Shown here: positions 15,231-23,722 of the stretch, piece by piece
How positions within the stretch are numbered: the first letter of the stretch is position 1
How the letters are laid out: each line of letters starts with the position of its first letter
NCBI GenBank assembly: GCA_019309945.1
Contig: JAFDFH010000051.1
Coordinates: forward strand, 1-38,497
Source of the DNA: Deltaproteobacteria bacterium
Lineage (GTDB): Bacteria > Desulfobacterota > Desulfobacteria > Desulfobacterales > JAFDFH01
Length of the DNA: 38,497 nucleotides
Reading direction: 5' to 3'
Notes under the pieces: model-generated
The model's input: the letters and a program-made list of their open reading frames with translations, nothing else
What the model was told of the DNA's origin: nothing
Database searches by the model: none
Program-made: the position numbers and the translations under genes

Positions 15231-16514
15231 TTACGATTCAGCTGAAAGTTCCATCAGATTCCCGTGATCATCAAACTGCATGGGTCGCCACGGCGCGATT
15301 TGTTTTAAATTCGGGTTTGATAAAATCTCCCGCTTAAATACCTCTGAAACCTGAAGAAGTTCAAGACGCCCTGTATCCTTAATTCTCACCATGCGTGCCT
15401 TTGCCATAGAATCTAGCCCGATGGTTGCGGCACATACCTCCAAGGCTTTACGGTCCGTATCGAAATGCATGGGGATGGCGGCCTTCTCGGGTGAAATCGC
15501 CGTAACGGCATTTACATAGGTCTTTTCCATATTAAGGGCATCCACCAGACGTTTGGTGGTGAAATCCGCCAGACCGATGCCGTTGCCGTTGCCGTCGGAG
15601 TCGGGGGATAAATCCCTTACAAAAATGCGTTTTACATGGGGCGCCACATAAAAATCGCCTACAATATCCCTGTGCCGGCCGGTAACGTTGGAGTCCATAC
15701 CGATCCCGCTGACATCTTTACCGATAATATCAATAATTAAAATATCAATAAAATCCAATGGTATGCGCCCCATATTCCCGGCGGCCTCTCTGAGGAGTGT
15801 TTTGTCTCGGTCAATAAATGACGCGGGTAAAACGGCTTCAATATGCGCCAGATCCCCATACCCATCCTCCAACAGGGCAATCCCGAAGAGGATCCTGCCC
15901 TGCTTTAAAATAGCCCGTGCTGCATCTTCAATAATTTTAAATGGTTGTTGAACGGCATAGCGGTGGAACGCAACCGCCCCCGCTGATTTACCGAGTCCGA
16001 TCGTCAGCATTTTACAAAGCCCGCTCTCAATATCGGCCCGGAACTTGGTGTGGGGTTTAACCCGATTGATGATTACGATATGATCGGCTTCCAGGGCCTT
16101 TTTTGAAAAAAAAAGTTTTAGGCCGCTTGGAAGTTCGTCCAGACATTCAACGCCCATATTCGCTGAAATTGGAACCCCCATCTTGGATTCAGTTATTCCG
16201 AGCTTTGCGAGAACCACGCATTGCCCCTCAGCCGTTGCGCCCCCATGACTTCCCATAGCCGGAACAATAAACGGTATTAACCCTTTCCCCTTCAGGAAAC
16301 TCAAACAATGAAAAAGCACCTGATCTATTCCGGATATTCCTCTGCTCCCCACTGCTACGGCCACGGTTTCGCCAGGTTTTATTTTATTCAAAAACGGCTG
16401 GACCGCAAGAGAAGACAATAAAGCACCGGGTATATCCCTTATCCTGGATGAAAAAAGGGTTTGCTTGACCAGTGCCATATCCGGAAATTTCACCGGTTTT
16501 TTTGTGTGCGTCAT
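15231..16514 (-). CDS. LarA-like (lactate-racemase N-terminal domain family) protein, function unknown
   Basis: 427 aa. VAVAVGSRGI ... IVPAMGSHGGAT matches what I recall of DUF2088/LarA-type proteins. This is from recollection only. Confidence 0.45.
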   Translation of the reverse strand: MTHTKKPVKFPDMALVKQTLFSSRIRDIPGALLSSLAVQPFLNKIKPGETVAVAVGSRGISGIDQVLFHCLSFLKGKGLIPFIVPAMGSHGGATAEGQCVVLAKLGITESKMGVPISANMGVECLDELPSGLKLFFSKKALEADHIVIINRVKPHTKFRADIESGLCKMLTIGLGKSAGAVAFHRYAVQQPFKIIEDAARAILKQGRILFGIALLEDGYGDLAHIEAVLPASFIDRDKTLLREAAGNMGRIPLDFIDILIIDIIGKDVSGIGMDSNVTGRHRDIVGDFYVAPHVKRIFVRDLSPDSDGNGNGIGLADFTTKRLVDALNMEKTYVNAVTAISPEKAAIPMHFDTDRKALEVCAATIGLDSMAKARMVRIKDTGRLELLQVSEVFKREILSNPNLKQIAPWRPMQFDDHGNLMELSAES

Positions 16515-16695
16515 AGGAAGCCGGTAAGTTAAGAAGGCGATTGATTATCGGCAGAAGGGAAAAACATGTAACACCAGACACTTAAGGATGAGACCTCTGA
16601 AAAATGCTCAATTTCGTTCGAGCTCAAGGGCTAAAATTTGAGTCCGATGAAAAAATTGGATGAACGGGGACGCTATGTCAAGGTCTCACGATGTG

Positions 16696-16739
16696 TTTTC
16701 CCCTGATCCTTATCCCATTGCCAAAGAACCAGGGGAAAA
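16696..16739 (-). terminator. Hairpin downstream of the ferredoxin gene (possible terminator)
   Basis: TTTTCCCCTG (16696-16705) pairs with CAGGGGAAAA (16730-16739). The loop is 24 nt and no clear U-tract follows. Confidence 0.3.
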
Positions 16740-16755
16740 TAGTTTTGCGCGCTGA

Positions 16756-16944
16756 TTATATTTCCTCAATTGTAATTGCATCTGCCTCACAAACCTCGAC
16801 GCAGCTTTCGCAACCAAGGCATTCATCAGCATTTACAGGAACTGATTTGTCATCCTGCATCTCAAATACTTCAACAGGACAAACCTCCACACATTCTTCA
16901 CAGCCTTCACATTTAGCCGCGTCAACCGTAGGAATAAAAGCCAT
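16756..16944 (-). CDS. 2x[4Fe-4S] ferredoxin
   Basis: CEGCEECVEVCP and CLGCESCVEVC cluster motifs, with a GGAGG RBS. Confidence 0.9.
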   Translation of the reverse strand: MAFIPTVDAAKCEGCEECVEVCPVEVFEMQDDKSVPVNADECLGCESCVEVCEADAITIEEI

Positions 16945-17121
16945 ATGAAAAGCCTCCTTTCTTTAAAAATTTAAGTCATGGTACTATAGTCATCAATTAT
17001 CCGCATTATCGGGCAAACTCAATATACCAATTAATAGAGGGAGTCAAGCCCTCATATCATTTTTTATTTTTGAAGTTTACAACGGACAATGATTGCAATT
17101 AATTATTGTATAACCAAATAG

Positions 17122-17246
17122 TTAGTGTCCATCCAGAAACGGTCTTTTTGCCCGATCTCTGCGTTATGCTCAAAATTTTATCCTCGGAATATCAACTATA
17201 TGCCTGCGGTAAAATTTTTCGCATGCCTTGATCGGACAGGCACTAG
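17122..17246 (+). mobile_element. Family A element, copy A5 (internal deletion in the right arm)
   Basis: TTAG-TGTCCATCCAGAAACGGTCTTTTTGCCCGATC ... GCCTTGATCGGACAGGCA-CTAG. Confidence 0.75.
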
Positions 17247-17261
17247 TTAGATTTAAACAGC

Positions 17262-17516
17262 GTAATTTCTCAAAAACTTATGGTTCAACATACCAGCGGA
17301 GTCATCCGGTATTTTTTTTCAAAACGGGCAACTGTTTGAAGCCGTTTAGGGCGGCTTACAGAGACCCGAACAGCATAAATTGTTGATTGTAGTCTGTTTG
17401 TGCTAAGCGACAAACTCATTTTAGATCCCGTGCGCGGGGCACTGTTAGGCGCCCTTAACGGCAAGTTTTGGCCGTATTGAAAAAAATTAGCGGATGGCGC
17501 AGCGGGCCGGCCGGAT
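17262..17516 (+). mobile_element. Family B element, copy B3 (right terminus lost)
   Basis: GTAATTTCTCAAAAACTTATGG ... GGATGGCGCAGCGGGCC, after which homology decays just before the stop of the 334-aa gene at 17535. Confidence 0.8.
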
Positions 17517-17534
17517 GAATCGCAAGGGCAAGCG

Positions 17535-18539
17535 TTAGGCGATGAGTCCCAAAAGCGTATTTTTAAATTTTCTCTCAACCTTGTCCTTTTCCTGCTGAGA
17601 AAAGCCTGAATTCACGCATCGAGCAAAAAGTTCCCGGGGGGTCTCCCCTGGAATAATATAAATATTCAATGCGACCGTCCTTTCACCCGCCCAGCTATCG
17701 GGAAAGCTTTGAAAAGCTTCATCTACAACGGTCTCCTTATTTTTGACAAGCCTGACAAAGGCCTCCATTAGACCATCCTGCCACTTTTGGACACGTCCCG
17801 TTTTATTTTTCTGCACCGGCACGGCGTCCAGAGATAAAACCGTTTCGGCTCCTGTCGAGACATCGATTAAATATTCCAATACGGATCTACTGTTCGTTAT
17901 AAACACTCCCGACGCTTCTGCACCGAACTGACTCTGGTCATTTAAAAACAGACGGGCCCAGGCCTGTATCCGCTCTTTGGTCATATAATCCTTTGAATCA
18001 GAAATTTCCAGGGCCATTTCTCCTGCGGATTTGACCTGGGAATCCCCGCCCTCCCCTCTCAATCCATTGAGGAGATCTCGCTCCATTTTTTCAAGGGATA
18101 CAAGATCTTGATTGATTCCCCAATTTTCTACATCCAATTCCTGGGCGGTCTGAAGAAATATTCTGGCCAAAAAAAGAAAATCCGGTTTTCCCTGGGATTC
18201 TGATGCCCGCCTATTCTTTTTAACATCTTTCTTAATCTGTGATGCATAGGATTCATCAAAAAAAGGAACCTTATTCCCCTGGGCTTTTAAATAGGCGATC
18301 TCGCTCCCCTGGTGCTGGTCCAGCCAGATCCGGTAATCCCGGCAAATTGCGTCGATTTGATCTTCATCCCCGGTGGCCGGTACGCGGATGTCAAGCAACC
18401 CCTCTTTTTCCCATATTTGCATGCTTTCCGGCACGCTTTTACGGGAAGGCTGATACACCACGACCCGCCGGAAAAAAGCTCTCAGGGCCTCACCCGCCGG
18501 TTGGGATATAAAGGTAAAGGGGAAATATATGGGCTTCAT
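17535..18539 (-). CDS. Hypothetical protein, 334 aa, no recognisable motif
   Basis: A long ORF with coding-like composition. AAGGAT RBS, and only a 15-nt gap after the upstream fusion gene. Confidence 0.6.
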   Translation of the reverse strand: MKPIYFPFTFISQPAGEALRAFFRRVVVYQPSRKSVPESMQIWEKEGLLDIRVPATGDEDQIDAICRDYRIWLDQHQGSEIAYLKAQGNKVPFFDESYASQIKKDVKKNRRASESQGKPDFLFLARIFLQTAQELDVENWGINQDLVSLEKMERDLLNGLRGEGGDSQVKSAGEMALEISDSKDYMTKERIQAWARLFLNDQSQFGAEASGVFITNSRSVLEYLIDVSTGAETVLSLDAVPVQKNKTGRVQKWQDGLMEAFVRLVKNKETVVDEAFQSFPDSWAGERTVALNIYIIPGETPRELFARCVNSGFSQQEKDKVERKFKNTLLGLIA

Positions 18540-18554
18540 GTTTTATCCTTAACC

Positions 18555-20831
18555 CTAAATTTTCGGGTCCTTCAGGAGAACCCCATGGAACCTCAACTGT
18601 TCACGGATCTTATCCGCAAAATTCCAATTTTTCTCTTTTCGGGCCTGCTCGCGTTCTTCAATCAGGGCCTTAATCTCAGGATCCGACAATACGTCGCCAA
18701 AATCGAAAATTTTAAGCACAGAATCTAGATCACGATATGCATCTACTATCTTCATCGCTCCTTGCGCATCTATCCGTCTTTCCTGGATCAGGATGTTCAC
18801 CTGTTTGATCGTCTTAAATATCGAAGCCATCGCTGCGGATATGTTTAGATCGTCATCCATGGCGCTGATAAAACCCTGCTTGATATTATAAAGAAGCTGA
18901 TCCAGATCAGGGTAAAAATCGCCATCCTTTATTTTCAGCAAAGAATGGATGCATGCATCCAGCCTTTTCAAGGAACGTTTCAAACCCGCAAGCCGGTTAC
19001 TTGAAAATGTGACCGGTTTGCGGTAGTGGCTGGAGAGCAGCCAATGTCTAATTTCCCTGCCGGAATAATTCATGTCGATCAAATCCTGAAGGGTAAGACC
19101 CTCTCCTTTTTCATCCGTCTTTTTAGCATCTACGAGAACCTGGTCGCAATGGATCCAGTATCTGGCAAGCGCCTTTCCGGTCAGCGCTTTGGCGATTGCA
19201 TTCTCATTTTCATGATGGGGAAATACAAGCTCACGGCTGCTGGCATGAATATCAAACGTTTCTCCAAGAAACTTCATGGCCATGGCCACACATTGTATGT
19301 GCCATGAAGGACGTATATTGCCCCATTCCGTTTTAATATATATTCCCCGTTTTAATTCCGAAAGCCTTGATCGTTTTAACAATGTGAAATCCCGAGGATT
19401 GTCCTTTTCATAGGCATCCAGATCGACGGTGGCCCCGAGTCTTATCTTATCCATATCCATACCGGATAATCTGCCATAATCTGAACATCGCGAAATGTTA
19501 AAATAAAGCGAACGAAGCTTTTCGTAGGCGAATCCTTTTTTCACGAGTCCTTTCACCACCTGAATCATATCTTCAACATGTTCGCTCGCACGGGGATACC
19601 GGGTTGCCGGCTGGATACCCAGGAAGAAAAGATCCTGTTTGAATGACTCAATATGTTTTTGTGTGAAATCAGTGAGTTCAATCCCTTCTTGCTCCGAGCC
19701 GAGTATGGTCTTGTCGTCAAGGTCCGTGATATTCATGATGTGGGTTACAACATAGCCCCTGTATTCCAGATATCGATAAAGCAAATCGGTAAAAACAAAA
19801 CGGCGGCATTCCCCAAGGTGGATCCTCGCATGGGCGGTGGGACCGCATGAATACATGGACACCTTGCCCGGAAGGATTGGCTCAAATGGTTCCTTGGCCC
19901 GGCTCAAGCTATTGAATAATTTAAAATCAACCTTTTCGCGGACCGCAAACAGCTGTGTACTCAGGTAGCGTTCACCCCCGTCCGGAAATATGACAACAAT
20001 CGTCCCCTCAGTCATGGCGTCCGCTTCCTTGCAGGCAATCGCCATGGCGGCCCCGCTGCTCATCCCCACAAAAAGGCCTTCCTCCTTGGCAAGGCGCCTG
20101 GTCATCTCAAAGGCCTCTTCGTCATCAATGTTTACTTTTTTGTCAAGGCGTTTCTTTTCAAAAATTTCCGGACAATAGGCCTCCTTCATATTCTTTAATC
20201 CCTGGATTTTATGCCCCAGGTAAGGCTCAACCCCAACAATCACGATATCGGGATTATATTCTTTCAGTCTTTTCGAGCACCCCATGAGCGTACCGGTCGT
20301 GCCCATGGTAGCCAGCAGCATCGCAAGGTCTCCCCGGGTCTGTTCCCAGATCTCTTGTGCGGTTCCATAATAATGGGCCAGACAATTGGCTTCATTATTA
20401 TACTGATCGGCCATAAAATAGGATTCGGGATTCTCACGCGCCAGGCGATAGACTTCTTCAATAGCGCCATCGGTGCCCAAATGGCCCGGTGTGAGAAGAA
20501 TCTCGGCACCCCGGGCCTTCAGGATTTTCTGTCGTTCAACGCTCGCAGCCTCGGACATGGTTAACAGAAGTCGATAACCTTTGACGGCACAGACAAGGGC
20601 AAGTCCGATCCCGGTATTTCCACTGGTAGCCTCAATAACCGTTTTATTGGGGGTGAGTTCACCCGATTTTTCGCCGGCCTGGATCATGAAAAGGGCGGAC
20701 CTGTCCTTGATCGAGCCCCCGGGATTGAAATACTCCAGTTTTGCCAGCATTCTAACGCGCGGGTTCGGATTAAGCTTCTTGATTTCAACGAGTGGCGTAT
20801 GACCGATAGTTTCCAGAATAGACTTGCTCAT
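18555..20831 (-). CDS. Fusion protein: PLP-dependent cysteine synthase (CysK/CysM type) + cysteinyl-tRNA-synthetase-like body with degenerate HIGH/KMSKS
   Basis: N-terminal half: GGSIKDR, TSGNTG, GTTGT, SSGAA. C-terminal half: MYSCGPT..HLGE (HIGH position), NITDLDDK, WHIQC, DIHASS, FPHHENE, KKTDEK (KMSKS position), DDDLN, EEREQARKEKNW. I chose the start at ATG 20831, which overlaps the tmk stop as ATGA. The track's start at 20885 lies inside tmk. Confidence 0.8.
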   Translation of the reverse strand: MSKSILETIGHTPLVEIKKLNPNPRVRMLAKLEYFNPGGSIKDRSALFMIQAGEKSGELTPNKTVIEATSGNTGIGLALVCAVKGYRLLLTMSEAASVERQKILKARGAEILLTPGHLGTDGAIEEVYRLARENPESYFMADQYNNEANCLAHYYGTAQEIWEQTRGDLAMLLATMGTTGTLMGCSKRLKEYNPDIVIVGVEPYLGHKIQGLKNMKEAYCPEIFEKKRLDKKVNIDDEEAFEMTRRLAKEEGLFVGMSSGAAMAIACKEADAMTEGTIVVIFPDGGERYLSTQLFAVREKVDFKLFNSLSRAKEPFEPILPGKVSMYSCGPTAHARIHLGECRRFVFTDLLYRYLEYRGYVVTHIMNITDLDDKTILGSEQEGIELTDFTQKHIESFKQDLFFLGIQPATRYPRASEHVEDMIQVVKGLVKKGFAYEKLRSLYFNISRCSDYGRLSGMDMDKIRLGATVDLDAYEKDNPRDFTLLKRSRLSELKRGIYIKTEWGNIRPSWHIQCVAMAMKFLGETFDIHASSRELVFPHHENENAIAKALTGKALARYWIHCDQVLVDAKKTDEKGEGLTLQDLIDMNYSGREIRHWLLSSHYRKPVTFSSNRLAGLKRSLKRLDACIHSLLKIKDGDFYPDLDQLLYNIKQGFISAMDDDLNISAAMASIFKTIKQVNILIQERRIDAQGAMKIVDAYRDLDSVLKIFDFGDVLSDPEIKALIEEREQARKEKNWNFADKIREQLRFHGVLLKDPKI

Positions 20832-21475
20832 TCTTTCAATCCCAAGCCGTTGTTCAAACATAAAAGGTTGATGATCTCCTCGCAAACCTGTGTTTCATCC
20901 TTCGATGCATCGACAATGCGAAACCGTGCAGGTTCAAGACGGGCAAGCTCAAGGTAGCCTTCCCTTACCCTTTGGTGAAATGCGAACGCCTCCTTTTCAA
21001 AACGGGTTTCAAATCCCGCCCTTTTGCCGCTTTCGATCTGTTTCCAGGCCCTTGCAAGCCCTACTTCAGGGGCAAGGTCAAGAAGAATGGTCATATCAGG
21101 CTTTAGGTCATCAAGAATCAATTTGTGCAACGTGTTGATGAGTTTGACATCGATGCCTCTTGCAAATCCCTGGTACACGACCGTAGCGTCAAAATACCGG
21201 TCGCATAAAACAATCTTTCCGGATGATAAAGACGGGATCACCAATTTTTTAACATGCTGGACCCGGTCAGCCTTGTAGAGCAGCAGTTCGGTCATCGGAT
21301 CCATGTCTTTACTCTGAGGATCAAGCAAAATCGCCCGAACTTTCTCCCCGATTCTCGTACCCCCGGGCTCCCGGGTGATCAAGCAGTCTCTCCCCCGACT
21401 TCGCAGAAATTCAGCGATGTTTTGAATCTGAGTTGTCTTACCGGAGCCCTCTATGCCTTCAAATGTAATGAACAT
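20828..21475 (-). CDS. tmk: Thymidylate kinase
   Basis: MFITFEGIEGSGKTTQ P-loop, a DRY motif (CDRYFDAT), and the typical length. Confidence 0.9.
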   Translation of the reverse strand: MFITFEGIEGSGKTTQIQNIAEFLRSRGRDCLITREPGGTRIGEKVRAILLDPQSKDMDPMTELLLYKADRVQHVKKLVIPSLSSGKIVLCDRYFDATVVYQGFARGIDVKLINTLHKLILDDLKPDMTILLDLAPEVGLARAWKQIESGKRAGFETRFEKEAFAFHQRVREGYLELARLEPARFRIVDASKDETQVCEEIINLLCLNNGLGLKE

Positions 21476-21494
21476 TTATCGATCCATTGAAAAC

Positions 21495-22442
21495 CTATTG
21501 TTTCCCCTTATAAAAATGACGTTCCCATATTCTGTGATATGCCGTCCATGCCTCGCTGCTGTCTTCAGCGGCCATAAAATTACGAATTCCATTCACCTTG
21601 GCATCGATTTCATCAATATAATTCAGCAAAACAGCCTCGATGGTTTTAGGCGGTTCAGGAGAACCGAATTCCCTTGCGCCGTGATGGCTCACAACCATAT
21701 GTTTGAGTAAAACCGCCTGATCTTCAGGAAAATCCTTTATGTATTTGAGTTTGTTATCGATCATCTCAATTCCGATAATAATATGGTTGAGCAGTCGGCC
21801 TTCGTCTGAATAGTCTATCCGGAATTTATACTCAAATTCCTTTGTTTTGCCGATATCATGGAGGATTGCTCCCGCGATGAGCAGCTCCCTGTCAATGCCG
21901 TTATAATGTCTGGCAATTTTGTCTGCCAGCGTAACCATGGACAAGGTATGCTCCAGGAGACCGCCGATGTATGCATGGTGCATTTTTTTTGCAGCTGGAG
22001 CGGTTTTAAACTGGTGAACAAAGGTCTCATCGTGCCAGAATGCTTCAAAAAGCGCCTTCAAATACCCGGTTTCAAATGCGTCTGTTATCTTCAATAAACG
22101 TTCGAACATTCCATCAACGTCACGGCTGGTTGCCGGAAGAAATTCACCGGGATCAATTGAATCTGCCGGACACGCGCCCATCTTCTTGACCACCAGTTGA
22201 AGCGCGCCTTTGTAGTCATTTACATTCCCCTCTATCTGAACAATGTCACCGGAAGTAAAATTGGCCGTAATATAATCCACATTGTCCCATACGACACCCT
22301 TTAAGCGACCGGATTTGTCAGACAGGGTAATATTTAAAAAATTGTTTCCATCCTTTTTCTGAGCCAGGGCTTTTTCTGACAGCACAAAAACATCATTAAC
22401 AACGTCACCGACTCGGATTGTGTCTATAAACTGCTTTTTCAT
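21495..22442 (-). CDS. yhaM: OB-fold + HD-domain 3'-5' exoribonuclease, YhaM family
   Basis: Colinear with my recollection of B. subtilis YhaM: an N-terminal OB fold, ILHDIGK, VSHHG..EFGSPEPP, YIDEIDAK. Confidence 0.75.
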   Translation of the reverse strand: MKKQFIDTIRVGDVVNDVFVLSEKALAQKKDGNNFLNITLSDKSGRLKGVVWDNVDYITANFTSGDIVQIEGNVNDYKGALQLVVKKMGACPADSIDPGEFLPATSRDVDGMFERLLKITDAFETGYLKALFEAFWHDETFVHQFKTAPAAKKMHHAYIGGLLEHTLSMVTLADKIARHYNGIDRELLIAGAILHDIGKTKEFEYKFRIDYSDEGRLLNHIIIGIEMIDNKLKYIKDFPEDQAVLLKHMVVSHHGAREFGSPEPPKTIEAVLLNYIDEIDAKVNGIRNFMAAEDSSEAWTAYHRIWERHFYKGKQ

Positions 22443-22461
22443 ATATCACACCCTTGAATGG

Positions 22462-23229
22462 TTACCCCAATTCTTTGTCGATCTTCCAACCCTTGAGATC
22501 CTCTATGATGCTGTAATCGGTCATGTCGCATTTAATTGGGGTAATGGAGATAAAGTTCTGATAAAGCGCAGTTTCATCAAAATTAAGGTCCTTATTATCA
22601 GGTAGACAATCGCATCCATGCCAGTAGTAGGTGCGATTTCGAGGGTCGATTCTTTTTTCAACATACTCGGAAAAAAAGGTGTTGCTCTGCCGACTGATCT
22701 GAACCCCGGCCACTTTTCCTAAAGGTATGTCGGGTAAATTTACATTTAGAAATGTCCCCGCGGGCAGCCCTTTTCCAAATACATTCTCCGCCAATATTTC
22801 TATAAAACGCGCGGCATCCGCGTAATGATCAACCTGATGCCCTACAACGGAAACGGCGATTGCCGGTATACCGTATAAAGCGGCCTCCTTTGCAGCCGAT
22901 ACCGTTCCGGAATAGTTGATATTAACACCCACGTTGGCCCCCGGGTTTATCCCTGAAATAACCATTTGCGGCCGGGAGTCAAGTATTTCCAGCAAACCCA
23001 GCTTGATACAATCCACCGGCGTACCAGTGACGGCATATCCCGGGTATCCGCCGTTCACCCACACTTGGGTTGCCCGAAGCGGTGCATGCAAGGTTATTCC
23101 ATGACCAACGGCACTGCGCTCCCCTTCAGGGGCAACCACGGTTACCTCATGTTTATCCGCAAACCTTCTAAAAAGCGCCCACAGCCCTTCTGCGTAAATA
23201 CCGTCATCGTTTGTTAATAGAATTTTCAT
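22462..23229 (-). CDS. surE: 5'/3'-nucleotidase SurE
   Basis: MKILLTNDDGI N-terminus, GINPGANVG, YSGTVSAA. Confidence 0.9.
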   Translation of the reverse strand: MKILLTNDDGIYAEGLWALFRRFADKHEVTVVAPEGERSAVGHGITLHAPLRATQVWVNGGYPGYAVTGTPVDCIKLGLLEILDSRPQMVISGINPGANVGVNINYSGTVSAAKEAALYGIPAIAVSVVGHQVDHYADAARFIEILAENVFGKGLPAGTFLNVNLPDIPLGKVAGVQISRQSNTFFSEYVEKRIDPRNRTYYWHGCDCLPDNKDLNFDETALYQNFISITPIKCDMTDYSIIEDLKGWKIDKELG

Positions 23230-23366
23230 TTTAATTCACTTTAAAAATGAGTTTAATACATCAACTGACCCGTTTTTAAAAGAAAGTATTTCCATAACAA
23301 AATATTGATTTTTTATTCAAATTAATCTTATAGTAAGAATTTCAATCGTATTCAAGATGTTATCTT

Positions 23367-23399
23367 TCAATGTGTGAAAAAACCATATTATCATTTTAT
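23367..23399 (+). repeat. 33-bp direct repeat, left copy, abutting B4
   Basis: TCAATGTGTGAAAAAACCATATTATCATTTTAT. It matches 23671-23703 at 31 of 33 positions. Confidence 0.85.
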
Positions 23400-23670
23400 G
23401 TAACTTCTCAAAAACTTATGGTTATACCTACCCGCGGAGTCATCCGGTAATTTTTTTCAAAGCGGGCAACTGTTTGAAGCCGTTTAGGGCGGCTTATATA
23501 GACCCGAACAGCAAAAATTGTTAATTGTACCCTGTTTGTGCTAAGCGATACACTTATTTTAGATCCCGTGCGCGGGTCTATGTTAGGCGCCCTTAACGGC
23601 AAGTTTTGGCCGTATTGAAAAAAATTAGCGGATGGCGCAGCGGGCCTACCGGAACATATTTAGAAGTTAC
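23400..23670 (+). mobile_element. Family B foldback element, copy B4 (271 bp)
   Basis: GTAACTTCTCAAAAAC ... ATTTAGAAGTTAC. It carries paired arm substitutions (TATAGACCC / GGGTCTATG) relative to the other copies. Confidence 0.85.
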
Positions 23671-23703
23671 TCAATGTGTGAAAAAACCGTATTACCATTT
23701 TAT
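23671..23703 (+). repeat. 33-bp direct repeat, right copy
   Basis: TCAATGTGTGAAAAAACCGTATTACCATTTTAT, immediately after the B4 right terminus. Confidence 0.85.
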
Positions 23704-23722
23704 CGTTTGTGGCTATCCGACA

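Noticed and set aside
17285-17578. ORFs 17285..17578 and 23408..23602 (similar 64-97-aa products), and 3191..3379, 8831..9025, 8786..8998
   Set aside because: All lie inside foldback repeats B, E or C. The similarity between their products comes from the repeat DNA, not from a conserved gene.
23606-23722. Track start at 23606 for lptD
   Set aside because: The first 22 codons are translated from the right arm of repeat B4, and the next 11 from the duplicated 33-mer. A start at or after 23723 gives a sensible signal peptide.
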